This document shows, piece after piece, positions 26,658 to 35,886 of a stretch of 54,511 nucleotides of DNA. Position numbers and translations under genes: made by a program. Within the stretch, counting starts at the first letter, position 1. Each line of letters starts with the position of its first letter. The notes under the pieces are model-generated. The model had not been told where the DNA came from, searched no databases, and saw only the letters and a list, made by a program, of their open reading frames with translations. The DNA comes from a virus (Duplodnaviria > Caudoviricetes), in the IMG/VR virus record IMGVR_UViG_3300025695_000014, positions 1-54,511 of that record, one strand, 5' to 3'.

Positions 26658-27048
26658 CCTTACTCTCCTTCAAAAACCATCTTTTGCTAGTGTCGGTTGA
26701 CCATTCGCCGTTGTCGTTGAGGAAACACTCATAGACAACACAAACTTCGGATTGCGTATCTTCGTCTTTCCAGATGCACAAGTCAAACACTCTTTCACCA
26801 ACGTGGACACCGTACCAGTCGTTGTCCTCATTACGATTAAGACAATCCTTTTGAATAGCAGGGTCAGTGAAATAGAACCCCGTCAGGAAACCTTTCTCGT
26901 ATTTAGACAGCACCAGTTCGTCATCGTTCTCATCTGGGTCTACACTGAAACAGATTTTGACAATGCCCTCATCTTCATCAGCGACAAACCAATCCTCACG
27001 ACTAGGGTAAAGCCATTCGAGGTGTTGCAACAGTTCGTATTTAGTCAT
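26650..27048 (-). CDS. Early acidic hypothetical protein
   Basis: MTKYELLQ start with GAGGAG SD. Confidence 0.6.
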   Translation of the reverse strand: MTKYELLQHLEWLYPSREDWFVADEDEGIVKICFSVDPDENDDELVLSKYEKGFLTGFYFTDPAIQKDCLNRNEDNDWYGVHVGERVFDLCIWKDEDTQSEVCVVYECFLNDNGEWSTDTSKRWFLKESKDA

Positions 27049-27187
27049 CGTCACTCTCCTCTTCATCCAATCTGTCGGCAATAATCTCGCCGTTTTCCAT
27101 TTCCAAGTTTGCAATCTCAACAGCCTCATCTTGACTATTTGCCTCAACATAATCTTGGACAATCAGAACAACTCTATACTTTGCCAT
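27041..27187 (-). CDS. 48-aa acidic peptide
   Basis: Not in track; MAKYRVVLIVQDYVEANSQDEAVEIA... Confidence 0.6.
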   Translation of the reverse strand: MAKYRVVLIVQDYVEANSQDEAVEIANLEMENGEIIADRLDEEESDDD

Positions 27188-27188
27188 T

Positions 27189-27407
27189 TTACTTCCCCAT
27201 CACATAATCAGAATAGTATTTAGTATTCCCCTCATCATCCCTTTGAGGTTCAAAATGAAACTCAGAGGAAAGCATGAAGATAATGTTCTCCACGTCATCC
27301 AAGTGCCGCATCTCAAGGGTACGGCAATCATCGGCATATTGAAGCATATTTCTTAGCTTGTTGTGTGCGTCGAGTAGCTTCTTTCGTTTATCTGCATTGA
27401 ATACCAT
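27189..27407 (-). CDS. Early hypothetical protein
   Basis: 72 aa, AAAGGA SD. Confidence 0.65.
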   Translation of the reverse strand: MVFNADKRKKLLDAHNKLRNMLQYADDCRTLEMRHLDDVENIIFMLSSEFHFEPQRDDEGNTKYYSDYVMGK

Positions 27408-27473
27408 CGCTTTAATCCTTTCATATCTGGTTGCGATACATTACCCATACAACAAACTAAAAGGGGGTGTCAA

Positions 27474-27517
27474 CACAAAAAAACAAAGGACGGTAACATT
27501 TCTGCTACCGCCCCTTG
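27474..27517 (-). terminator. Probable terminator
   Basis: Imperfect GC hairpin followed by a T-run on the - strand. Confidence 0.5.
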
Positions 27518-27545
27518 CCAACGCTACGAAAGGAACATTCCAAAT

Positions 27546-27797
27546 TCAGTGTGATACCTCGTATGGAATACCCATTCTTACCAGACTATCCCACCTTCTG
27601 TCAACCCAATCTTTGCACATTTTTTCACTTTTTCCGACAAATATGACAATCCAACGCATATAGTCTGTGCTGACATTATCTTTGACATTTTCACGAGATG
27701 TTTCACCTAAACGAACAGATGACAGTTTTGCAACAACTTGCCACGCCCCATCACAATCTCGCTGACAAATATCGTATTCAAACTCAGACCGTGACAT
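27546..27797 (-). CDS. Early hypothetical protein
   Basis: MSRSEFEY..., GAGG SD. Confidence 0.6.
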   Translation of the reverse strand: MSRSEFEYDICQRDCDGAWQVVAKLSSVRLGETSRENVKDNVSTDYMRWIVIFVGKSEKMCKDWVDRRWDSLVRMGIPYEVSH

Positions 27798-27993
27798 TTC
27801 TTTCCTCCTCTTCCTGTCGCAAATCTTCAAGATACAAAGTTACTGCTGAACGAATCAGGTCAGCAACACTGACTTGTGTGTTGTATCGGTTTGTGTGTAA
27901 TTCTGAATAGGCTGACAATTTATCAAAGTCCTCAATCGGAATGGTCAGATTGTATGACTTTGTTTCCTTGTTGATCTTCATTGGTCTTACCAT
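27784..27993 (-). CDS. Ribbon-helix-helix (Arc/CopG-like) DNA-binding protein
   Basis: KSYNLTIPIEDFDKL...VSVADLIRSAVTLYL. Confidence 0.7.
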   Translation of the reverse strand: MVRPMKINKETKSYNLTIPIEDFDKLSAYSELHTNRYNTQVSVADLIRSAVTLYLEDLRQEEEERNVTV

Positions 27994-28117
27994 CGTAGTC
28001 CTCTTCTGTTTCATTGACATCATAATAGGATTCAAGTAGGGTTCTTTTCTTATTAGGAATAACCCTTTTGTGATACTTGTTAGTATGTAGGTCTTTTATA
28101 ATGGGATTCTTTTTCAT
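27932..28117 (-). CDS. Small basic hypothetical protein
   Basis: MKKNPIIKDL.TNKYHKRVIPNKK; first gene of the leftward operon. Confidence 0.6.
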   Translation of the reverse strand: MKKNPIIKDLHTNKYHKRVIPNKKRTLLESYYDVNETEEDYDGKTNEDQQGNKVIQSDHSD

Positions 28118-28149
28118 AATAGGTTACCCCAATGGGATTGTCTTTTAAT

Positions 28150-28223
28150 GTTATAGGCGATGTGTCAAGTGGCTGTCAACAACTTTTTTTTAGGTTGACG
28201 GACATTTTGTTTTGCTGTATTGG
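28150..28223. promoter_or_regulatory. Divergent promoter pair (early vs replication)
   Basis: - strand TTGACA-N18-TATAAC (28179-28150); + strand TTGACG-N17-TATTGG (28195-28223). Confidence 0.55.
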
Positions 28224-28230
28224 TAACAGC

Positions 28231-29028
28231 ATGACTACACCAAACTGGTTAAAATCTTATGTTGAATCGCTGACAATTCCTGTCGGTGGTCGTATGCGAT
28301 CAGACTGCCCCGTCTGCGGTAAGTCGAATACCTTTAGTGTATCCGACACAGGACTGCAACGGCTTTGGTTTTGTTTCCACGCAGATTGCCACACAAAGGG
28401 TTGCACAGATTTGACACTGACAAAAGAGAAAGCCAAGACTGCTTTCGCCAAAAGAGTGGCTGACAAAATTGTTACTGACAAAACATCCTTTCAAATACCG
28501 GATACCTTTGTCAGTCTGTCACGCAACCTCGATGCCGAATCCTATGTCAAACGAGTTGGTGCGTACGATGCGTATCTTGCAGGTCGTGTTGACATTCGCT
28601 ACGACTTTCGACAGCACCGTGTCGCGTACATGATCAAACAGAATGGATCAGTCATCGATGCGGCAGGACGAGCATTACGAAACATCAAACCGAAGTGGTA
28701 TCGCTACAATGATCGAAAATACCCATTTATTTGTGGAAGCAGCCCTGTGGGAATTGTTGTCGAAGATGCTGCTTCTGCTTGTGCCGTTAGCAACATAGCC
28801 ACAGGCATAGCCCTGCTTGGTACAAACTTACCGCCAGAGTACATAGATGTCTTGACAAAATTTGAAAAGATCTATGTCGCACTTGACAAGGATGCAACAA
28901 GTCTGGCATTAACAATGGTTCGACAGTTGGCGACAAGTGTCCCAACCAAGATGATTATTTTGAAACGTGACCTTAAGGATATGACAAAGGACGAAAGGGA
29001 TGACTTCATCACAAGCAAACTCAATTGA
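28231..29028 (+). CDS. DNA primase
   Basis: Zn finger CPVC...CFHADC; TOPRIM IVVEDA, ALLGT, ALDKDA. Confidence 0.9.
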   Translation: MTTPNWLKSYVESLTIPVGGRMRSDCPVCGKSNTFSVSDTGLQRLWFCFHADCHTKGCTDLTLTKEKAKTAFAKRVADKIVTDKTSFQIPDTFVSLSRNLDAESYVKRVGAYDAYLAGRVDIRYDFRQHRVAYMIKQNGSVIDAAGRALRNIKPKWYRYNDRKYPFICGSSPVGIVVEDAASACAVSNIATGIALLGTNLPPEYIDVLTKFEKIYVALDKDATSLALTMVRQLATSVPTKMIILKRDLKDMTKDERDDFITSKLN

Positions 29029-30229
29029 CAAACAGATACTTGGGTTCTGTTTGAACGCCGACTTCTTTGGTCGGGTTAAAAACATTCTTGACAGATCAAT
29101 GTTTGAGCGAGAGTTGCGTGACATATTTGACACGCTGACGTTTGCTCACACAAACTACGGCAACGATGTAACAGTCCAAGAACTTGTTGCCCTATTTAAT
29201 GACCGTAATCCTGCTATGCCTGACGCATCACGTCGCAATGTTGTTGAGACAATCGTCCAGTTGGAGATTGGCAACCCCGACAATACGGACTTGCATTTAG
29301 ATATTGTCAACAACTTTTGGTTACGCGACAGGGCAAGGCAGGTTGGAGAGAAAGCCATCGAGATCTTTACAGGTGAGAGTGAAGACTTTGGTGAGTTACG
29401 CCGCTTAATTGATGTTATTGAAGACGGGCGGATATCTGACAAAACAACCTATTCCAAGATTGATTCTGATCTGGGAGAGTTGCTTGACGACGAGACAGGA
29501 GATCCGGATTTCCCTTTTGAATTCAACCTGATCAGCGAAAATGTTTCGGGACTTGATCGAGGTAATCTGGGTATTTTGTTTGCTCGTCCCGAAGTAGGTA
29601 AGACAACCTTCTGTTGTTTTCTTGCCGCAAGTTATGTTAGACAAAAGTTCAAGGTAACCTACTGGGCAAACGAAGAACCTGCCAAGCGCATCAAGTTGCG
29701 TATCATCCAATCTTTCTTTGGCGTAACCAACGAGGAGATGAGACGAGACAGGACAGAATTAGCAGAGCGTTATCAAAACGAGATTGCACCGTATTTAACA
29801 ATATTTGATTCGGTTGGCACAAGCGTTGAAGAGATGGATCAGTACGCCAAACTAAACAGTCCCGACATCATGTTCTGTGACCAGTTAGATAAGTTTCGTA
29901 TATCTGGCGAATACAATCGCGGTGACGAACGCCTCAAAGAAACGTACGTTGTTGCTCGTGAGATTGCAAAGCGAAACAACCTTTTGCTTTGGGCTGTCAG
30001 TCAGGCAAGTTTTGACGCTCACGACAGACAGTGGATTGATTACTCAATGCTTGACAACTCACGGACAGGCAAGGCAGGTGAAGCCGACATTATCATTGGC
30101 ATTGGTAAAACCGGATCAAGTGACATTGAGAACGTCGTTAGACACATCTGTGTAAGCAAGAACAAACTCAACGGGTGGCACGGTATGATCAATGCACAGA
30201 TTGACATCGGTCGGGGAGTATACTATTGA
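29000..30229 (+). CDS. Replicative DNA helicase (DnaB / T7 gp4-like)
   Basis: ARPEVGKTT, NEE, DQLD, VSQ, EADIIIG, KNK. Confidence 0.92.
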   Translation: MTSSQANSIDKQILGFCLNADFFGRVKNILDRSMFERELRDIFDTLTFAHTNYGNDVTVQELVALFNDRNPAMPDASRRNVVETIVQLEIGNPDNTDLHLDIVNNFWLRDRARQVGEKAIEIFTGESEDFGELRRLIDVIEDGRISDKTTYSKIDSDLGELLDDETGDPDFPFEFNLISENVSGLDRGNLGILFARPEVGKTTFCCFLAASYVRQKFKVTYWANEEPAKRIKLRIIQSFFGVTNEEMRRDRTELAERYQNEIAPYLTIFDSVGTSVEEMDQYAKLNSPDIMFCDQLDKFRISGEYNRGDERLKETYVVAREIAKRNNLLLWAVSQASFDAHDRQWIDYSMLDNSRTGKAGEADIIIGIGKTGSSDIENVVRHICVSKNKLNGWHGMINAQIDIGRGVYY

Positions 30230-30513
30230 GGAGACATACCCGATACGTTAGAGATAGGCGTTTAAGAAGACGGCGTTGGCTTGATATCTACAAACTACAC
30301 AGGGGATGCGATATCTGCGGCTACAAAGAGCATCCAGTTGCGCTACACTTTGATCACCTCGACAGGTCGCAGAAGCGTTACGCAATCGGTATCATGATAA
30401 CCCACAATCTCAAACGCTTGTTTGAAGAAATACGGAAGTGCAGAGTGCTTTGTGCAAACTGCCACTTCATTGAAACACACAAGGAACGAACCAATGAAAA
30501 TACTGACATTTGA
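30226..30513 (+). CDS. HNH endonuclease-like protein
   Basis: CDICG...LHFDH...CRVLCANCHFIETH. Confidence 0.75.
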   Translation: MRRHTRYVRDRRLRRRRWLDIYKLHRGCDICGYKEHPVALHFDHLDRSQKRYAIGIMITHNLKRLFEEIRKCRVLCANCHFIETHKERTNENTDI

Positions 30514-31078
30514 CGTCGAAACAACCCACATCGAATTACCATCGGGTGGCACAACCCCCCTACCTTATTTTAACAACAGACTTGTGTCGGTCGGTTACAA
30601 GTGGCTTGATAGCCCCGAAGTGACGTACGACTGCTACTACCACTCAACCGAACCGCCCACCCAACAGGCGGCTGTATCCTTTCAGTCTTGCCTCGACAGG
30701 GCGGATGTGGTCGTTGGACAAAACATCAAGTTTGACCTGTCATGGATACGAGCGTGTGGCTTTGTGTACGATAAACAGGTGTACGACACGATGGTTGCGG
30801 AGTACATTCTTTCAAAAGCCCGACGGTGGCCTCTTGGGTTGGACGCACTGGCAAAGAAGTACGGCGGAACCCAAAAGGAAAAGGACTTGATCACACCGTA
30901 CTTTGAGGACGGTAAAACATTCTATGATATCCCGTGGGACATCATTGTGGAATACGGAACGGCTGACGTTCTTGCTACTGAGCATGTTGCTCTCAAACAA
31001 CTTGAAGCCTTTGGCACTACATTCGAGGAATTATTCAATGGAACAGAAACTAATACCGACGCTGAAATTGTCGCTTGA
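30494..31078 (+). CDS. 3'-5' exonuclease domain of PolA, encoded as a separate ORF
   Basis: ExoI FDVET, ExoII QNIKFD, DTM, ExoIII YGTAD. Confidence 0.88.
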   Translation: MKILTFDVETTHIELPSGGTTPLPYFNNRLVSVGYKWLDSPEVTYDCYYHSTEPPTQQAAVSFQSCLDRADVVVGQNIKFDLSWIRACGFVYDKQVYDTMVAEYILSKARRWPLGLDALAKKYGGTQKEKDLITPYFEDGKTFYDIPWDIIVEYGTADVLATEHVALKQLEAFGTTFEELFNGTETNTDAEIVA

Positions 31079-32579
31079 CATGACTGCCGTGCTTGCACAA
31101 ATCGAATACAACGGTATCAAGATCAATCAAGATACCCTAGCAACCATTCGCACTCAATACGAAACCGAGATGAACCACCTTGAGTTACGTCTTACGAAAC
31201 TTGCCCAAGAGGCGATGGGTGATACACCAATCAATCTGTCTAGCCCAGATGATCGTAGTATGTTGCTTTACTCACGCAGGGTTCGTGACAAGGGGCTTTG
31301 GTCAACAGTATTTAATCTGGGTCACGAGGTGCGTGGCTCAACTCGCAAACCAAAACGTCGCACCCGTATGTCCAACAAGGATTTTACTGCCAACGTGAGA
31401 GGATTAACTGATGTCGTTTATAAGACAATTGGTAAGCATTGCCACGATTGCGGTGGTAAAGGACGTTATTCACCGCTCAAGAAAGACGGGACACTTGGCA
31501 AGGCTATTCGCATCTGTCGCCCTTGTAGTGGCAAGGGAGTGATATATGAATCAACAGGACAGGTTGCCGGATTCAAACTTGTACCCCGCAACGTTGTTGA
31601 TGTAGCATCAGCCGGATTCAAGACAGACAAAGAGACCTTGAATGAACGGGCTATGGATATGCAGGGAAGCGCACGAGAGTTCGCTGAATCCTATGTTCGC
31701 TATAATGCCCTTCGCACGTATCTCAGCACCTTTGTTGATGGGATGGAAAATAACGTTGACAGTGAGGGTTTCATCCACCCTGAATTCATGCAGTGTGTTA
31801 CTGCAACAGGTCGCCTATCCAGTCGCAAACCTAACTTCCAGAACATGCCGCGAGGATCAACCTTTGAGATTCGTAAGGTGATTGAAAGTCGGTTTGAAGA
31901 CGGGTGGATAATCGAAGGGGATTACAGCCAATTGGAATTCAGAGTGGCAGGGTTTCTTGCAAAGGATGACCAAGCCTACGAAGATGTTGGCATGAAGGTT
32001 GACGTTCACAGTTACACGGCGAACATCATTGGTTGCACACGCCAAGAAGCCAAAGCCCACACCTTCAAACCCTTGTATGGTGGCGTAACTGGTACTGATG
32101 ATCAGCAACGATACTACCGCGCCTTCAAGCAGAAGTATGCAGGGGTCACACAGTGGCACGACAGTTTGCAACGGGAAGCGGTATCTAAACGACAAATAAC
32201 TTTGCCATCCGGACGCCAGTACGCTTTTCCTGATGCTCGTTGGACGGAGTGGGGTACTGCGACAAACCGCACTGCCATCTGTAACTACCCTGTTCAGGGG
32301 TTTGCTACGGCTGACCTGTTACCCTCTGCATTGGTGCGGCTAGATTACGAGATGAGAAAACATAACCTTAAGTCATTGATTTGTAACACTGTTCACGACT
32401 CAATTGTGATTGATGCTCATCCGGATGAAAAAGATATTTGTATCGAACTGATGAAAATTTCTATGCTTTCAATTCCGGAAGAGGTTTCAAAGCGTTACAG
32501 AATTAATTACGACATGCCAGTTGACATCGAGATAAAAATCGGTAAAAACTGGCTTGACACAACCGAAGTACCCTTGTAG
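31038..32579 (+). CDS. polA: Family A DNA polymerase domain with DnaJ-type zinc finger insert
   Basis: TATGRLSS..PNFQN, motif A DYSQLEFRV, motif B RQEAKAHTFKPLYG (Phe762 type), NYPVQG, motif C VHDS; CHDCGGKG and CRPCSGKG. Confidence 0.93.
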   Translation: MEQKLIPTLKLSLDMTAVLAQIEYNGIKINQDTLATIRTQYETEMNHLELRLTKLAQEAMGDTPINLSSPDDRSMLLYSRRVRDKGLWSTVFNLGHEVRGSTRKPKRRTRMSNKDFTANVRGLTDVVYKTIGKHCHDCGGKGRYSPLKKDGTLGKAIRICRPCSGKGVIYESTGQVAGFKLVPRNVVDVASAGFKTDKETLNERAMDMQGSAREFAESYVRYNALRTYLSTFVDGMENNVDSEGFIHPEFMQCVTATGRLSSRKPNFQNMPRGSTFEIRKVIESRFEDGWIIEGDYSQLEFRVAGFLAKDDQAYEDVGMKVDVHSYTANIIGCTRQEAKAHTFKPLYGGVTGTDDQQRYYRAFKQKYAGVTQWHDSLQREAVSKRQITLPSGRQYAFPDARWTEWGTATNRTAICNYPVQGFATADLLPSALVRLDYEMRKHNLKSLICNTVHDSIVIDAHPDEKDICIELMKISMLSIPEEVSKRYRINYDMPVDIEIKIGKNWLDTTEVPL

Positions 32580-32582
32580 TAT
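32554..32582 (+). promoter_or_regulatory. Sigma70-type promoter
   Basis: TTGACA-N17-TAGTAT upstream of the SSB-like gene. Confidence 0.65.
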
Positions 32583-32623
32583 GGTACTACAACTTAACCC
32601 CTCTATGAATGGAGATTTGGAAA

Positions 32624-33475
32624 ATGGACGGGACAGAACTTGTAAATATCGATTCAGACATGGATCAACTCGTAGCGGCTTTTGATAGTGACAACACAGA
32701 AGCCCTTATGAAATTCACGGGACAGGCAGAGCAAAAGAAGACTGGTTTGCCTCGTCTCAATATCAACTACAACGAAGAAACCGACGACGGTATTTCTCTG
32801 AAGCGTGGCACGTGGAAGATTTATGTTGACGGTGAATTCTTGTACGCCCCAGAGGTGTACATTCGCCCAATCCTTCGTACCTTTGAATGGAGTGCGTGGG
32901 ATCAAGAAGAGCAGACTTTTTCTTCTAAGTCTGTCCAGAAGCCTACACTCTCTGGTAGTTTCCCTGACACGACAGGTACTGATCGTTGTGGTCGTCTCTC
33001 TCGTGACGAGGAAGAAAGTCTGGGTAAGGATGATCCTGCTCTGATTCGCTCACGGATGGCGGTTTGCAACCAAATCATCTACGGCTTGATCAGCGGTAAG
33101 TTCACCAAAGCTGACGGCACTGAAGTCGAATTGGATAATTCCCCATTCGTAAGTTACTTCAAGAAGTCAGGCTTCATGCCAATCCGCAACTTCATTGAAA
33201 GTCTCACAAAGCAGAACAAGGTGATGCAACGTTGCAACATCCTTCTTCGTACTGCAAAGAAGACGATGGGAGCAACAAGTTATTTTGTTCCTGTTCCGAC
33301 ACTTGCAGGTGAGATTGATATCTCCGACAGCGACAAGGATATGATGAAGATGTTTGTTGAGACTGTAAAAGGTCACAACGAAGTCGTCATGAATCAGCAT
33401 CGGGATGCTGTCAAACTACTTGATGATAGCAACATCGATTTAGCGGATGACTTCAAAGATGCTGCTTCTGCTTAA
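32624..33475 (+). CDS. Probable single-stranded DNA-binding protein
   Basis: LPRLNIN motif, acidic tail, position after the polymerase, own promoter. Confidence 0.55.
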   Translation: MDGTELVNIDSDMDQLVAAFDSDNTEALMKFTGQAEQKKTGLPRLNINYNEETDDGISLKRGTWKIYVDGEFLYAPEVYIRPILRTFEWSAWDQEEQTFSSKSVQKPTLSGSFPDTTGTDRCGRLSRDEEESLGKDDPALIRSRMAVCNQIIYGLISGKFTKADGTEVELDNSPFVSYFKKSGFMPIRNFIESLTKQNKVMQRCNILLRTAKKTMGATSYFVPVPTLAGEIDISDSDKDMMKMFVETVKGHNEVVMNQHRDAVKLLDDSNIDLADDFKDAASA

Positions 33476-34343
33476 CATTCAAGACTATCTTGCAAAAGCA
33501 AGCAGGGGGGAACTTAGTGTCCCCCCTTCTCATCTTGACCAGTTTCTTGAAGATTGTAACGTTGCCGTGTCTCGTCAATTACAACGAGAGGCGCGGGACT
33601 TTCGTATCAGGATGTCTGGTCTTGGTCGCCCCGTTTGCCAACAATTGATGGAGCGAGAAGGTTACACAGAGGAAGTTGACTACAACTCTGTGCTTCGTTT
33701 TCTTTTTGGGGATATCACGGAAGCAATCCTGATGCTTGTTCTGCGAGAGTCAGGTTGCAACATTGTTGATTTCCAAAAAGAAGTCAAACTGAGGATTGGC
33801 GACGAAACAATCAACGGCACACTTGACTTAGTTCTTGAAGATGAGATGGGTGTCAAAAAGGTTTGGGATATCAAATCTGCAAGTGACTGGTCATTCAAGT
33901 ATAAGTTTAAGGCTGGCTATGAGAAGATGAAAGAGGACGATCTGTTTGGGTATCTGATGCAAGGTCATCTTTATTCTGAGGCTCTTGGAATGCCGTTTGG
34001 TGGTTGGATAGTCATCAATAAGTCAAGTGGTGAAGTAGCCGTTGTGGACGCTCCTGAGTGGCAAGAAGAGGACAGAGAATTCTACCTCAAGGATGCACAG
34101 GTTCGCGTTAAGCAACTTGTTAACCCTGACACGAAGGTTACCAAGTTTAAGTCAGAGATGGAAACGTACAAGGAAGACGGGGTTGTTACTCCGACGGGCA
34201 ACAAGATACTTGCCAAACCCTGTACCTTCTGCGGCTTTCGGAAGCACTGTTGGCCTAAAGCCAAACTTCATCCGAAGGTAACATCTCGTGCAAAGGTACG
34301 TCCTGAGATCTGGTATGAGGTCGTAAAAAAGGCGGAACTTTGA
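33459..34343 (+). CDS. PD-(D/E)XK (Cas4/RecB-like) exonuclease
   Basis: RMSGLGRPVCQ, GTLD, WDIKSAS, QGHLY, CTFCGFRKHC. Confidence 0.85.
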   Translation: MLLLLNIQDYLAKASRGELSVPPSHLDQFLEDCNVAVSRQLQREARDFRIRMSGLGRPVCQQLMEREGYTEEVDYNSVLRFLFGDITEAILMLVLRESGCNIVDFQKEVKLRIGDETINGTLDLVLEDEMGVKKVWDIKSASDWSFKYKFKAGYEKMKEDDLFGYLMQGHLYSEALGMPFGGWIVINKSSGEVAVVDAPEWQEEDREFYLKDAQVRVKQLVNPDTKVTKFKSEMETYKEDGVVTPTGNKILAKPCTFCGFRKHCWPKAKLHPKVTSRAKVRPEIWYEVVKKAEL

Positions 34344-34344
34344 G

Positions 34345-34746
34345 ATGCCAATCCTTTCGGTAAAAAACTACGACGTGTCGCTCGTTAACCTCAACGAGAC
34401 AGTCTGCCACATGTTTGTTAATGCGGCGGTAGATCGTGGGGGTGAGCGACACGTTGTTCAACTACGACAACACGAGCGGGGTCTTCCGCTCACGCTACGG
34501 GAAAACTACTCTTCCAATGGAACTTTGCTTCAATCAACTGAAGCAAGAGATGTTCCGCGATTGGAAGTTGAATTTCAACAAATATCAAAACATCTTATGG
34601 CTGGTAACATTGTATGTGTCCCGATATACCCTTTGACAGACGAACTACTCAATCTCGAAAAACATTCCCCAAAGATGGCAGGATATCTAAGAAAACGACT
34701 AGAGGGATTGCAGATAAAGTCCCTTTTGGAAAGTACCAGAAGATGA
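34345..34746 (+). CDS. Hypothetical protein
   Basis: 133 aa, in operon. Confidence 0.7.
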   Translation: MPILSVKNYDVSLVNLNETVCHMFVNAAVDRGGERHVVQLRQHERGLPLTLRENYSSNGTLLQSTEARDVPRLEVEFQQISKHLMAGNIVCVPIYPLTDELLNLEKHSPKMAGYLRKRLEGLQIKSLLESTRR

Positions 34747-35123
34747 AACACCGCGCAGGTTATAGATCAGGGTTTGAGTTGAAACTCGCTCAAACGTTGG
34801 TTGAAAACAAGATCAACTTCACCTACGAAGAAACACGAATACCGTACATTCCCAAAACTCGAACGTACACTCCTGACTTTTACCTTGTTGATTCGGACAT
34901 ATACATCGAAGCCAAAGGTAATTTAACAAAGGATGACAGGGTGAAGATGGTGCTTGTCAAGCAACAACACCCTGAGTACGACATTCGAATCGTATTTATG
35001 AATGCCCGTAACAAGATATACAAGGGTAGTAAGACAACGTACTCTGATTGGGCGGAGCGATATGGATTTTTGTGGGCAGAAGGTAGCATACCAAAGGAGT
35101 GGTTAAATGAGCGACGACGGTGA
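34743..35123 (+). CDS. Endonuclease I (T7 gp3-like Holliday junction resolvase)
   Basis: YRSGFE, YTPDF, IEAKG, HPEYDIRIVF, TTYSDWA. Confidence 0.92.
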   Translation: MKHRAGYRSGFELKLAQTLVENKINFTYEETRIPYIPKTRTYTPDFYLVDSDIYIEAKGNLTKDDRVKMVLVKQQHPEYDIRIVFMNARNKIYKGSKTTYSDWAERYGFLWAEGSIPKEWLNERRR

Positions 35124-35457
35124 TTTATTTGATAAACTGACAGAGATGAACCGGATGATGGAGACTGCCTCTCTTCTTCCGGATCGCCAGTACATCATAT
35201 TTAATGCGGTAGATGAAGATAACGTTTCTATGTCGGTATATGACACGACAGACATCGATCCCGACGACACAGAACCAACAGCGTCAGATCTTTTATTGTA
35301 TGGCGTGTTAGAAATGCTTGAAACTCGTATGGATGATGTGTTAGAGTTAGGTATTACAAGGTTGGAGATGATTCGAGCCGAATCACAGCAGCCTCGCATC
35401 GGAACAACAAGTCTAGGGGACAATGTTGTTAAAGTGGATTTTGGAAAGAAGCATTGA
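35107..35457 (+). CDS. Hypothetical protein
   Basis: Acidic, ends NVVKVDFG. Confidence 0.7.
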   Translation: MSDDGDLFDKLTEMNRMMETASLLPDRQYIIFNAVDEDNVSMSVYDTTDIDPDDTEPTASDLLLYGVLEMLETRMDDVLELGITRLEMIRAESQQPRIGTTSLGDNVVKVDFGKKH

Positions 35458-35458
35458 G

Positions 35459-35728
35459 ATGACAGACTACAATCGTATTATGGAAGAGATTGAGCAACGG
35501 GGCAAGGAAGCCTACGGTAATGTGGATATGGTGAACAATCCACCCCACTACAATCAGGCAGGTATCGAATGTCTCGACGCCATCGGTGCGGCAACAGGAG
35601 AGGGCTACGAGTATTATCTGCAGGGTAACATCATCAAATACTTATGGCGGTATCGCTACAAGAACGGTGTGGAAGACCTGAACAAAGCAAAGTTTTATCT
35701 TGAACGTTTAATCAAAGAGGCTGAGTGA
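35459..35728 (+). CDS. DUF3310 protein (T7 gp1.7-like nucleotide kinase family)
   Basis: DMVNNPPHY...IECLDAI...GNIIKYLWRY..KNGVEDL.KAKFYL. Confidence 0.85.
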   Translation: MTDYNRIMEEIEQRGKEAYGNVDMVNNPPHYNQAGIECLDAIGAATGEGYEYYLQGNIIKYLWRYRYKNGVEDLNKAKFYLERLIKEAE

Positions 35729-35886
35729 TGAACTGCTGGCACTGTAAGAGTGAACTAATTTGGTGTGGAGACCACGACGTGGGTCACGAGTTTGAACATT
35801 ACTCCATGTTGACTGAACTGCACTGCCCTAGTTGCGGCAGTGATTACGAAGTCTTTTATCCTAAAGAAAAAGACAAAGATGATTAA
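35728..35886 (+). CDS. 52-aa zinc-ribbon protein
   Basis: Not in track; MNCWHCKSELIWCGDHD...LHCPSCG. Confidence 0.7.
   Translation: MNCWHCKSELIWCGDHDVGHEFEHYSMLTELHCPSCGSDYEVFYPKEKDKDD

Noticed and set aside
30903-31078. The 8-nt-loop tRNA as a +1 frameshift suppressor joining exonuclease and polymerase ORFs
   Set aside because: A UCCG quadruplet would need CGGA in the exonuclease frame within the overlap; the CGGA present is out of frame, and the polymerase ORF has its own SD and ATG
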